Source: Chiloscyllium plagiosum (Eukaryota). From it: a stretch of 64,000 bases of DNA. The notes beneath the pieces are model-generated. The model was not told the origin of the DNA. It made no database searches and saw nothing but the letters and a program-made list of their open reading frames with translations. The stretch's first letter is position 1; every line of letters starts with the position of its first letter. The DNA is taken from positions 6,642,943 through 6,706,942 of the forward strand of contig NC_057742.1 of assembly GCF_004010195.1 (NCBI RefSeq), given 5' to 3'. The position numbers were made by a program, and so were the translations under genes. Of this stretch, positions 1 to 12,900 are shown one piece after another.

Positions 1-331
1 TTTCGGCTATCCTAACAAGGGCTTTTATTTAATTGAGATTACAAAACCTGGCGGTCCGGGGCCCCTTAGGAGAGGAATCCCGCACGAATACGGGTTTTAT
101 TACATCTGATGTTAACACATTCCGAGCATGTAAGAAATTTAAATATACACTCTGGTTAGTTGTAGGTTAGATTAGTAGATAGTCGAGTTTTGTTTTTTTT
201 TCTTTTGTTAAATTTTGGCTATTGTATATTTTATTTAATTGTATATCAATGTTTATATTTGAGAGTTTTGTTTATTTTTGTGAACTTGTAAAAATGTTAA
301 ATTTCTAATAAAAATATCTATATAAAAAAAA
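1..331 (+). mobile_element. Probable 3' UTR/poly(A) end of an L1/Tx1-like LINE
   Basis: T-rich stretch ending AATAAAAATATCTATAT-A8, typical of L1-clade 3' ends; family assignment is inference. Confidence 0.4.
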
Positions 332-794
332 TTTGACCGAAGAATCGCAGGTCTTTGCTAAGTTGAAAAGTTTACTCTCTAATCACACCATACCAAACCT
401 TTTCCTAGGATAATTCTGGTTCTTTAATTGGTCTCTGGAAATACCTGTAACGTTGATCCGTCAGATCCACAAAACCCAAACCTCAGTGTAGTATATGTTG
501 CTGTTCTGCAGCAGTGTACTCCAAATTATATTAATATATTGGTAGTAAGCAATAGTCAAATTCTCCAGAAGTGGAATGTTAGAAGTAAAGACCATGTGTA
601 GTTTTGGGGTAAAACAAGCAGGGTTTGAGGAAAGCGAACAGCTAGATTAAATAAGTAGATATAATAAATCATCATTTTAAAAATGTAGATTGGTTTTCTT
701 TTCATACAGTTGCATTTTCATAGTTAATTAATGAAACATTTAGACAAATTTGGGAAGAAAACCAGCAATAGTTTGAGCATTGGAAATTCTGTTC

Positions 795-868
795 GGTAGG
801 GGTGACCGTCTAGAGGTTTATAAAATCATGAGGGGCTTGGATAGGATAGGCCTTTTTCTTTATTTTTG

Positions 869-925
<57 letters not shown>

Positions 926-1217
926 CGCGTGCGTGTGCGCAAATCTAGAGGGGATAGGTTTAAGGTGAGAGGGAAAAGATTTAAAAAGGATACGAGGGAT
1001 AACATTTTCACACATATGGTGATGTACGCATGAAACAGGCTGCCAGAGGAAATGGAGGAGGCAGGTCCATTTAAAAGGCATCTGGATGGGTATATGAATA
1101 GGAAGGGTTGAGAGGGATATGGGCCAAATGGTGGCAATGGGACTCGGTCAGATTGGGATGTCTGTCGGCGTGGATGAGTTGCATCGAGGGCCTGTTTCTG
1201 TACTATATAACTCTGTG
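795..1217 (+). mobile_element. CR1 LINE 3' fragment with an embedded (GT)n microsatellite
   Basis: RGD..EVYKIMRG.DRI C-terminal motif and 3' UTR shared with other copies. Confidence 0.85.
871..940. repeat. (GT)n/(GC)n microsatellite
   Basis: About 22 GT units followed by mixed GT/GC alternation. Confidence 0.95.
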
Positions 1218-2599
1218 ACCAGCAAGGAGCTGGGAAATGCAAAACTGATTCGACAACAGTGCGGACAGATGTGTGCAATGACTGTGACAAATTCACATCA
1301 AATGGGTTCTATTATGAATATGCACAGAAGAAATTAGAATGAGAAAAAGTTGACATAAAAGTGATAAAAACATCAGAGTAATATGTTGTAGAAGTAAAAA
1401 CTGAAACTACATTGGAGACAAACAGCAAAAAACACAAAACAGTCTGTTTCTTTGCATTCAAAGGATTTGACCAATGAGTAAAGGAGAGATTCCACATTAA
1501 ACAGAAACTGCTTATGAATTCGTAGAAAAAGTCGTCAAATTCCCATTTAAAAATTGATAAGCATACATCCTATACAAAGTTATACTTACAACTTTGAATC
1601 TCTATAAACCACTGATGGGCATGTATGGAAATCCTCAATCTGAGAACCATTGGCTACCTTTTAACACAAGCCATTTCCTATCACTGTGAAATTTCACTGT
1701 TCCCAAGAAACGCTCTCATGTCTCAGCTCATAAATGCACTACCCACATGGAATGGATCCACGCAAGAGTTTCATTTTTATTTTGGTTTATGTTCAGAATG
1801 CAGAACTGCAAGTAGCCTCATTGCCTGAGGCACGGATAACATCAATTAAACTTATATACTGCTTTTCAGATAACATTTGGTAATATAAAATAATAAAACA
1901 TTTAAACAATCAAAAACATCACAGGGTGTGTTCGGGCTAAATTTGACAATGAGTCACATAAGGAGATTAAAAGGAAGAAAGAGACAGGAAAGGAAATCGA
2001 TAACTTGGAGTGTCTAGGAAGCTTCTCTCCCTGAGGCATTTTGAGGCTGAGTGATGTTACCTTCACTAATTTTAGGTCAAACCACTGGTAATGTTTCTGC
2101 TGTTCCCATTTATGTCTTCTCTCAACTGTTTATTCTTTTTTGATTAGCGCCCTCATTCCGATATCATTTAACCCCCCACCCCGTAAGACCTTCCCTTCCA
2201 CTACTCCTTCAACCGCTCTTCAGTCCCTGGCTCTGCACTTGCTTAAAAAATTTGAATCTTGCTACTACTAGTATTTTTGATGTGACGTCTTCAAGCTGAC
2301 ACATGAGCTCAGTTTCTTTTTCCACAGATGCTGCCTGATCTGAGTGCTTTGAGCACATTCCTTTTTCCCTGCTGTGCCTTCCTGATTGTATATTACTGAC
2401 CTCTGCTGGAGCGTGTGTAGGCTGGAACTGGGCAAAGCTGAAATAAAGTTCACATCAAGGAAGATGCCAACATTCCCTGTGTCTCATGGAAGATGGCCAG
2501 CTGGCATTCACAGCCATATCTAAACATGACATCAGAATAGGAGGATAAACGTTGAAATGGTGGCCAAACAAAACACACAAAAATGTCATCTCATAACCT

Positions 2600-2975
2600 C
2601 AAGGGAGATGGTGGTGTAATCTAACTGCACTAGTAATTCAGAGTCTCAGACCAATGTGCTGTAGGCACGGGTTCAAATCCCACCATAGTAGCTGTTGGAA
2701 TTTAAATTTATTTATTAAATCTGGAATATAAATCTAATGTCAGTAATGGTACCATGCAAGCATCATGGATTGTCAAAAAATCTATCCAGTTCTCTAATGC
2801 TCTTTAAGGAAGGAAATCTGCCATCCTTCGCTAGTCTAGTCTACATGTGACTCCACACCAACAGCAGTGTAAAAGACTTTTATCTGCCCTCTAAATAGGC
2901 TAACAAATAATTTAGTTAGGGACTGCAACAAATGCTGGCTTGCCAGCAATGCCTATATCCCTTGAAAGGATAAAG
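2600..2975 (+). mobile_element. tRNA-derived SINE (related copies at about 9760-10070 + and 15050-15620 -)
   Basis: B-box-like GGTTCAAATCC; body GGAATTTAAATT...GGAAATCTGCCATCCTT recurs elsewhere in the window. Confidence 0.6.
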
Positions 2976-3284
2976 AAAATAAAAAGAACAAATCAATTCT
3001 AATATTAAAAAAAGTTTGACAAAAATCACTCATTAATCATTTATTAATCAACATCCACATGTTGAATTAGGCAACAAAAGATTTTCAGACAGCAAGATTT
3101 TTATTATTGTATACCTTAGAACAAATGTCAATGTGTTCAAAAGCCATGACTGTACAGAATGATGGGGCAGGCTTGATGGGCTGAATGGCCAACTCCTGTT
3201 CCCAAGTACAAGGATCCACCTTTTCCTTCTGGATTGTATTCAGAGCTAAATACGCACTGGAGTACAACACAGCATTTGTTTTTG

Positions 3285-3665
3285 TCAAATAAACTGTTCA
3301 GACATGTTATGACACATCTGAAGCAGGTGAGAAGTGAACGGAGATATTCTGGTCTACAGGCAGGGATACTACCACTGTGCCACAAGACACCAAGAACCCA
3401 ATTGTTTTTTCAAAAATATGAACCACATCCACCACCAAATCACCTGTTTAACAACTTAACTCCTGTTCTTTATTTATTTTGTATCAGCCTGTTCAGACAT
3501 CTTATAACACACATCTGGACTAGAACACCCCAGCGACTAAACTAGGCATTCAGACTCAGAGTTCCTGGATACTATCACTGCACCACAAAAGCCCCAAGAA
3601 TGCAGCTCTGTTTCCTGATCAATTTGTTCAATGATGTCATTACACATGTCTGGAGCAGTGGGTCT
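3285..3665 (-). repeat. Three adjacent degenerate copies of a short tRNA-like SINE
   Basis: TGTTCAGACAT..TATGACACATCTG recurs at about 3294, 3490 and 3625; minus strand has TTGTGGCACAGTGGTAGT (A-box-like); another copy at about 11145-11220 +. Confidence 0.5.
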
Positions 3666-3778
3666 TCCACTCTCACTCAACTCTGAAATTCTTCTCTTAA
3701 AGGGACGTGCATTTTGAAAGCTAACGTCACTTACTAGTACAACTTAACCAACAGATTGCAAACCCTTTTAATACTTAC

Positions 3779-3940
3779 TGGAGAAACTTTCCGTCCTTAG
3801 TATCCTTTCTCTCCAGTTCCTGCTCCATTTCATCGTCCTCTTTGTACCGTTTGATGTTACATTGGCGTGCTTTGTCATTCCATTTTGCATCTTCCATCAT
3901 TTCCTGACGCCTGCGTTCCAGTTCCTCCGCTGAAAGTTTC
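3779..3940 (-). CDS. CWC25: CWC25 exon 8
   Basis: ttacag|G AAACTT...CTCCA|gtaagt; KLSAEELERRRQEMMEDAKWNDKARQCNIKRYKEDDEMEQELERKDTKDGKFL. Confidence 0.93.
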
Positions 3941-6900
3941 CTGTAAAATCAAAGTATGATCAAATCATAGCACTGGGGTACCATACTGCAGACTGGGTGG
4001 GGTGTTATAAACAAATACAAGTTGCTACACACAGGACAGGAGTGGTATTTACCCCTCTGGTCTAAAGCAAGCCAGCCCAAATCAGCCAGAATCCCGGGTC
4101 TTATTACTGAACTACAGATTTCCATCAGTTGATGGTGACTTGTCAACAGATATTGAGTTAATTTTTCTAATGCTAGCAACAATAATTAGGTGAACATGAA
4201 AAAGATAGCTTTGAGAGAAAGGCACCTGTTTATATGTTTTAACAAATAGAAGTGCTGAGCCAGAAACAAACCATGAGACTAAATTCAGTTACTGTCCTAT
4301 TGCAAAGAGAGTACTGATCCAGACCAAGGCAAACAGATTACGGAATGACATTTTTCAGCCACTACAAGGCTAACATCACAAGTGGATGAGATGTAGGTGG
4401 AAACAAAAAAAGCAAAGGTGGGAATCTGAAATGAAAACTTAAATTTCTGCAGATGCTCAGCACACCAGCTAGTTGGAAACAATGGATTGACTTTCTGAAA
4501 GTTTTAATGGAAGATCACATGGCTTCAAATGGGGTTAACCGGACACATCCCCAGTATTTTCTCTTCCATTTGATCTACATCAGTTCTGCACAATTTCTCA
4601 AGGCTTTCAAGATGTTTCTGTGTTGGGCACGTGACCTTGTCTGACACCTCGATGCAGATTTGAAACACAGCTGCATTAACAAAAGTGCCAGTTTTCAGGT
4701 GTGATACGAAACAGAGATCACAGCAACTTATGGATGTCAAGCAGCATTTGCTTTAGCAGCAGATGCAGGTTTTAACTTACCAAATGAGTTTCAGTCTTAC
4801 AGTTCCAGGTAAATGGGGTTGGTTACATTGGGGATTTAACTAGACGAGTGAGAATAGGATACTTGCTACCAGTTAGAGTCCAATGAAAGTAACAAATTCC
4901 TCCCTCACTATTTATTATACAAGTATTTTGACAACAACTGCTTGAAAACATTTTAGTAAAAGTAACAACTAGCTTGAAGTAGGATAATTTTATCTCTTCC
5001 TATTATTAATCATTTAAAACATTCCTTGTTATAATCTTATGTTAATATATTGACCTCTCTTTCTCAAAGGAACAAATGCTTGCAGATTTTGTGTGCCATT
5101 TTCCTCTCATGAATTTTTCAGCAAGGCTAAAATTCCAAATTATTTTAAAGGTTTCTCAGAGGGCTACTGCCCAAGAGAGATATTAAGAAGAAAAATACAC
5201 ACTTGTGTACAAAACATTTGAAAATTGTGAAAAATGAACTAAGAATAGAAACAAATAGAAAACTAACTTGCTTTCATTTGTACTTTGTAGGGCCAAGGCA
5301 CAAATTGGCATAAACCAAGCATTATTAGCAACAAAAACTTTTTTCCCAAAACAACTGATTCTCACTGCTAAACACAAAAAGCCATCACTGTAAACACAGC
5401 TTCCAGACTTGTAACAACTAATGCATCTTCATTACATATATGTGAAGCTGGAAGATTTTAAATCAGATTTTAATATCCATTTACTAAATCTCAAATCAGA
5501 GTTATAAAATTTTGATTACAAATTTAAATTTAGCAACTGATACAGCATTAATTATAATAGAACCCATAATATTTTTTCTCATATAGTAGTTCCTGACTGA
5601 TGCAGCTGTAAGCTAGGAATTCATTATCTCAACAATATGAGATGTTGCTGGTTCCGAGTTAGCTGAATATTGCATTGTTGATAGGTTTAAAACTGTTCTC
5701 TCTCTTTTGTAGCCTATATCTCTCTGACTCTTGTGGCTCCCTTCATTCTCCCATCTCACCCTTGCAGCACCCCAACTCCCCTCATCCTATTGAAGCCTCA
5801 ACTTTTCTCCCCAGCTCTTTGCAGTCTTGCTTACTCAATCCCCATTACAACCTCTTTCTTTCCCTCTGTCCCCTTGTAGCCTCTTGCTCTCTCCAACCCT
5901 ACCAGAGAAGACAATGATCCCCACAGATAGCTTCCCACCTTGGTTTCTCCAGCAAAACATTTCACATACAAAGGTACCCCAGCTTCAGCGGTCAGTATGT
6001 CCCTGCCTCAGCAACTCAGTGACCTACTTGCTCACTTAGTTTTCTTTCTTACCCCAGTAGCTGCTTCTCCAATCACAGGTTGTTTCTCCCTGAGTTTCAT
6101 GCTGATACGTTCAATACAAAGGTAAACAAGCAGGATGCTGGAAGAACACAGCAAGCCAGACAACTTCAGGTGGACTTCTCTAACTCCTGATGCTGCCTGG
6201 CTTGCTGTGTTCTTTCAACCTCCTGATTGTCTACTTTGAATTCCAGCATCTGCAGTTTTATTTGTCTCTAACTAAGTTCATAATGAAAGCACAGAAGAAA
6301 ATTAGCCTATGTTTGGAGCAGCAGCTCCTCAGAGATTCTTTCCAATCCAGGGATAACATTGCACCACTGGTCGATTCTGTCATCCATTTTCTAGGACATT
6401 CTGGGAAGAGTTCAGGGCGAATCTGAATGCTGCTCCCATGTACCCTTAACACCGCTGAGGGCTTGTGTTAATCTGTATCCACTATAACTGTTGCTGCCTT
6501 ACAGTCTTGTATTTGCTGCTGTTAGTTAACAGCTTAGCTCAACCAACTTCAGAGTTTTCCTATTACTTTGAGACACATTTGTGAGATCAATTAAATGATA
6601 ATTTATACTATTTACTTCTTTGTCACCATTTCAAATGCTCAGTTTACTAGTGATCAAGGGGTGTGTTTCCCAGTCGGAAGATAAGACGCTCCTCCTCCGA
6701 CCGTCGCGTTGTTGTGGTTTGGCGGTGGATGAGTCCAATGACCTGCATATCCTCGGTGGAATGGGAGGGGGAGTTGAAATGCTGTGCTGCTTTCCCTACA
6801 TTCCTGAAGAAGGGCCTGTGCCCGAAAGGTCGAATCTCCTGTTCCCTGGATGCTGCCTGACCTGCTGTGCTGTTCCAGCAATAAAGTTTCAACTTACTAG

Positions 6901-9900
6901 TGATCAACAATCCTCTAATTTATGAACCATGAGAAATTATTTTAAATTAAACCTCCCTGTCCAACTTTATGAAACTCTCATTTCAATACCTTGACTGATT
7001 GGAATAAGGCCTCCTGTGGTATTGTCCTCTTGGTAGGTATGACTTTTGAGCTTCAACATTTCCAACTTTGTCATCATACCTTCAAAAAACAAAACCTTAT
7101 TAGAAGTGGCCTCTATTGGTCCTCCAATAATTCCCTCTTGCAGAGTATGGTGTACAGTGTTAGCAGTGATTGAGCAGGTAATGCACTCTCACCACTCAAG
7201 CAGAAGACTTTGGGTTTGTTACATTCCAGAGACTTAAACACAAATGCTCCAGTGCAAGCCCGAGATAGTAATGCAGTTAAAGGTGCCTTTTTTCAGACGA
7301 GATTTTAAATCAAATTCCCCCAAACCTAGGTCTGCTATTCTAATTTGGTTGCGTCAAAGAGTAAGGTTGATAAAGATTGTAGGACAGTCAGCAACTTTAC
7401 ATTTTCGTTAAACATGGCGAGTACTAACCATGTGATGCTGCTTGTTGCTGTTTGTAGTCATATGATGTTGCATTACTTCCCATGCCATCTTTTTACACAT
7501 TCACCTTCACACACTACACCTAACTGAATGCAAGAGATCACATGCATCAAATATGATTATGTGGTCATTATTCACATTTATATCCATGGAATCTTGCTGC
7601 ATGTAAATGGCTGCTGCTTTCCCTACATTAAAACAATGACTAGATTTGCTGTAAAGTATCTCATGACATCGAGAGCTTGTGCAAGATGCTATGTAAAAGT
7701 GTAACCAGTATTTTCTTTCTTTCGTAATGGGAGAAAATACCAGTGTGAATTTCTGAGCTGTGTTGTTTTGGTATAGGTAATTACAAAGAGTATTACAAGT
7801 CACAGCCTGGCTGGACAGGAAATTGCATCTTGATTATCAGCAAGGTTTTAGAAACTGTACACTTAGATGCTTAACAGAAGATGACAGCTTCAGGCTGCAC
7901 TCTGTCTTTTACAATTTAATAGCCTACCATGCACTCACTGCTTGGATTTAAAATTGGCAGAATGAGACTTCAAGGCAAGCTAGCCACAAACTGCAGAATG
8001 AATCCTGGATAGGAAGAGGCAAAAGTAACATAATTGAAAACAAAATTAATTGGATAAAATAATCTACTCACCGTGAATGCATTTTCGAGCGTTTAGGTGG
8101 TGACTGAGATGTCGATCTGGATCTTCTATGGCGTGAATCTTCACGTCTGACATCCTTATGAGACTGATGTACGACTGTCCTGGGGTGGCTCCCAGACCGT
8201 GACCTGGGTCTGGCCTTGTGAGATCTTTTAGCTGGGTCAGAAGATGAGGAATGTTGTTGCTGGATAATGCTGGGAGAATCTTTCACCTGCATGGCAAAAA
8301 GGATGACTGAAGGGGGTGAAAAAATAATCTCAGCACCAAAAATTAGTAATATGAAATATAGCAGATTCCTGAATGTGTTCACTAAGTTAAGACAAGATTG
8401 AAAACGCTATCTAGTAAGGGAAAGATTACTGCTTCCCATTACCTATCCAAATCCCTTCTAAAATCTCTTTTAAATGTTGTAATTGTACCAGCCATCACTT
8501 CCTCTGGCAGCTAATTCCATACACACACCACCCTCTGCTTGAAACAGTTGCCCCTTAGGCCCCTTTTAAATCTTTCTTCTCTCACTTTAAACCTATGCTC
8601 TCTAGTTTTGGACTCCCCCATGTCAGAGAAAAGACTGTCTATTTAGCCCATCCATGCCCCTCGGGTCACCAAACCCATAAAGTTAACTTTGATTTCTCTT
8701 CACAGATACTGCCAGACCTGCTGAGCTTTCCCAGCGACTTCTGCTTTTATTAGCTCTTCAAGAGAGCTGGCATTGACTTGATGGGCTGAATGACTTCCTT
8801 TTGATTCAAGAGTGAAGGTTGCAGGGCTTTTCTTTAATATATGGTTACCTCTTCAGCAGTTTAATTATCTGGGATTGTTCAGCAAGAGGCCCTCTACTTT
8901 TTGTCATTTACATAAATGATTTGGATGCGAGCATAAGAGGTACAGTTAGTAAGTTTGCAGATGACACCAAAATTGGAGGTGTAGTGGACAGCGAAGAACG
9001 TTACCTCAGATTACAACAGGATGGGCCAATGGGCTGAGAAGTGGCAGATGGAGTTTAATTCAGANNNNNNNNNNNNNNNNNNNNNNNNNNGGTTCAGAAA
9101 AGATTTACAAGGATGTTGCCAGGGTTGGAGGATCTGAGCTACAGGGAGCAGCTGACCAGGCTGGGGCTGTTTTCTCTGGAGTATTGGAGGCTGAGGGGTG
9201 ACCTTGTAGAGGTTTACAAAATTATGAGGGGCATGGATAGGATAAATAGGCAAAGTTTTTTCCCTGGGGTTGGGGAGTCCAGAACTTTAGGGGATAGGTT
9301 TAGGGTGAGAGGGGAAAGATATAAAAGAGACCTAAGGGGCAACTTTTTCACGCAGAGGGTGGTACGTGTATGGAATGAGCTGCCAGAGGAAATGGTGGAG
9401 ACTAATACAATTGCAACATTTAAAAGGCATTTGGATGGGTATGTGAATTGAAAGGATTTGGAGGGATATGGGCCGGGTGCTGGCAGGTGGGACTAGATTG
9501 GGTTGGGATATCTGATTGGCATGGACAGGTTGGACCAAAGGGTCTGTTTCCATGCTGTACATCTCTATGACTCTATGACTAAGAGACAGAACAGAGGTAC
9601 AATTTCAAAATCATTAGGGACCTGGTCAGCCTAAATCAGAGTTGCGTCAGCCAGGCAGAAAGTAAAGTGTGGTGGATGGAACCTCATTAGAAAAGTCAGG
9701 GAATGAAATGATTGTGACACTTGTTTTCCATAGGAGATTTGATCTGTTATACAAAGATTGTTGCACAGTTCCAACATCACTAGATTAGTCATCAAGAAGT
9801 CCAGTCTGACACTCTGAGGACACAAATTCAAATCATTCTATGACAGCTAGTGGAATTTAAATTCAATGGATAAATTTGGATTATGCAGCATGTCTCAGTA

Positions 9901-12900
9901 ACAGGGACCATGATACTATTGTCAATTGTTGTAAAATTTATCTGGTTCATGAATGCTCTTTAGGGGAGGAAATCTGCCATTCTTATCTCAACTAGCCTGT
10001 ATGTGACTTCAGATCCTCTGCAATGATTTAAGTGCCCGAGTGAAATTAAAGACAGGCAACAAATGTTGGCCATGACTCTCAGAGAAAAAAAAAAATCAGT
10101 CAATTGAATTTGCTGCAATCATGAAAGAATGATGATCAAAATTCTTAAAATTTGAAGTGGTTGTGATCAGTAACCTCTGCTAGAAGCTATAATACAAAAT
10201 ACAATCATCAAGTGTCACATTAAGAGAACCATTTCATCATTAAATACTTGTGCTCTCAATCCACTCAAAAAAAATTAGAGAGTCAGAAATAGCCACGAAG
10301 ACAAACCTTTAAGCCATACCCAGGCAGTTTCTTTGGAACAGACGTGGATGAAGAATTGATACACTTTTCATGCTTTCTGCAAAACATTTAACAAAGCAAA
10401 GCAAGCATCACTTTTCTTATAGGAAGGAAAAGCTTTTTTTCAATACCTGTACTTCAATGCAAAGTTGCTCGGAATACGTTTTCTAATAAAACAGGGCCTC
10501 AACCTCAGATTATTGTGAACTTAACTATAACTCTGCAAATTTTTGCACCTTCATTAATTCAGCTAATTAACAACTTTGGACCAGTATTCACCACTCTGGT
10601 TAAGTTCTGCATTTCAAACCCTCACTGCTCATTCTGGGAAAGATTCTCTCTTGCTGCCTCTGGTTCTTCTGCCATTCACCTCAAGTCTAGTTAATCAACC
10701 CTTTAGCCAATAGAAACTATTTCTGTCATGTACACTTGAACAGAGTAGTTTACGATTCAATAATCTCTGCTCATAGAAGAATATCCTTAAACTTCTCCAT
10801 GTAACTATCATTCATCATCCCTGGAACAACTATAGCAACTTTCATAACCTCTACAAAGTTTGCATGGCCTACCTAAAGTAAGGTGCTTAGAATAAGACCA
10901 TTATTGCATGGCTGGGACAGTCCTTATTCATTGATCCCTTACTTTTTGTGATGTTCATTGTCACTTGAGCTGGATCGTCGATGCTTTTTGTGCTTCTTCT
11001 TCTTGTCCTTTTTCTTTTTATCTGTTTTATCCAGGTTCTTTTGTAGCTTTAAAGAAGATCAGTCATAAACATTTTTATTATAACAAATTTCTTTGATAAT
11101 GGTTAAAATTTTTTTTTAAAAAAGACAGAATATTTGTCGGAGATTTTGTGGCAGGGGACCCAGGTTTCAGTCCCACCTGCTTCAGCGGCGTGCAATGACA
11201 TCTCTGAACGGGTTGATGAGAAACGAGGCTTTTTTAAAAAAAAAGATTTGTAGGACTGACGGAAATGTGTCAAAGGAGGTGGATTAACTGGAGATCTTTT
11301 ACAAAGAGCTATCTTTTGTGCTCCATGATCTCAACAGTTCATGTTCAGGCTTGTGGATTTGTTTGAGCATTAGATGTTTGTAACAAGCCCTGGTTAGGGT
11401 TTGCCTAAAAACAAGTCTTTGCCTGATTGTAAATACAGACTGTAACGGCTTCTCCCATGCTACAGATTTACTAAATAAAAGAATAAAAAGCATTAGATTT
11501 TATTTAACACAATAAATCCCAATTGCTCAGCCATTCAACACAACCTTGCATAGATTCAAGCAAAGTGACCAGAAATATCCCAGAATCAACCTCAGTTCTA
11601 TGCAGCGATCCCCCTCATGATCACCACATGGCTGAGTTGACAGGATGAGAATCAGATAAACAAAGATTCAGCTCCATCTGAGATACACTCTCTGAATGCC
11701 CACTTTCAATATCTAAATCCACATCCAAAGAATGGCATTGTGGAAAATGCAAGGAAGCAGCAGCAGTGGAAACCCATCGCACTACAACACTTTCAAGGCA
11801 CAAAGGGTAAAAATATCAGCACAGGAACTAGTAAAAGTGAAAGAAAGATGCAGAAGAATGTCATAACTTTCAACAAATTATAGAACTGTTCTCAACACCA
11901 AACAAAAACTAATTTTTCACTCTTTGTGGCATAAAATGCAAATGTAAATATTTGTTTTTTTTGGGAAATAGTTTGCCCAATTTCCGCATGTTTGTATTCA
12001 ATCTAAAGACTCAGCTGCAATATTAAAATTAAAACTCAAAGTATGCAGGTGGTTCACTAGCACCAGGAAGACAAAACATGATTTGATGAGATTAGTTTTT
12101 CTTCTTTTTAGGTATTCAGAAACAGCAAATTTTTTGAGAAATTGTGACCTACAATACTTTTCGTTGTTCCTTCCTTTTCTTGCCTCTCAAAAATGGAAAA
12201 TCAGTTCAATTTACTTGAGGAGACTCCGTGTTCTCCTGTACAGTACCTGTTTTGAATTGAATAGATGAAGGAACCAAGAATTGAAGTTGAGACCAGCAGA
12301 ACAATAAATATGGATTTGTTCAGTAGACCCGTTGGCCTCTCCTCAGCAGTACATAAAATACATTGTTGAGAATGACAAAACAGAAAGAACTACGATAACT
12401 CTAAACTAAAGCATTGTATAAATGGGGTCTCAATGGGAGGCAGCTGCAGATCCTGTGCTTTAGTCAAACAGTCTTCTGCAGGTTGGAAAAAAGCAATTCC
12501 CATAAAGTTGTGAAAGCTAAAGTTACAGTGACAAGAAGAACAGGGATGTAACAGAAAAGGGGAGAAGACAGTCAACCCAGGATCCGGGATCCTGAAGAAA
12601 AGATGCATTGGTAAATAAAGTTCCATCTTTTGATCAAAATATAATTCACGTCACAGCTCAGTCACATTAATCATTTAAGGGTGTGTGTATTTATTTATAT
12701 TTGTGTTGCTGTTATAATCAGCTTGAGGCAAAATGAATAAATCCTACATAATTGCTCATGATTTACCTGTGGAAAGAATCACATAAGTGATCAAATCAAA
12801 TACATGCAATGGTCAGTTGTAAGTCTGAAGGGACACAGGATGAAAAAAAGTTTAGACTGAATATGTTACACTTACTATCTCTCTGATCATTTTCATTTTC

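Noticed and set aside
2380-2437. Minus-strand acceptor-like site followed by ..SSLHTLQQR as the last CWC25 exon
   Set aside because: Lacks the conserved KLESA.TSSLEDRVKRNI..QR..LE.NF motif; the last exon probably lies left of the window
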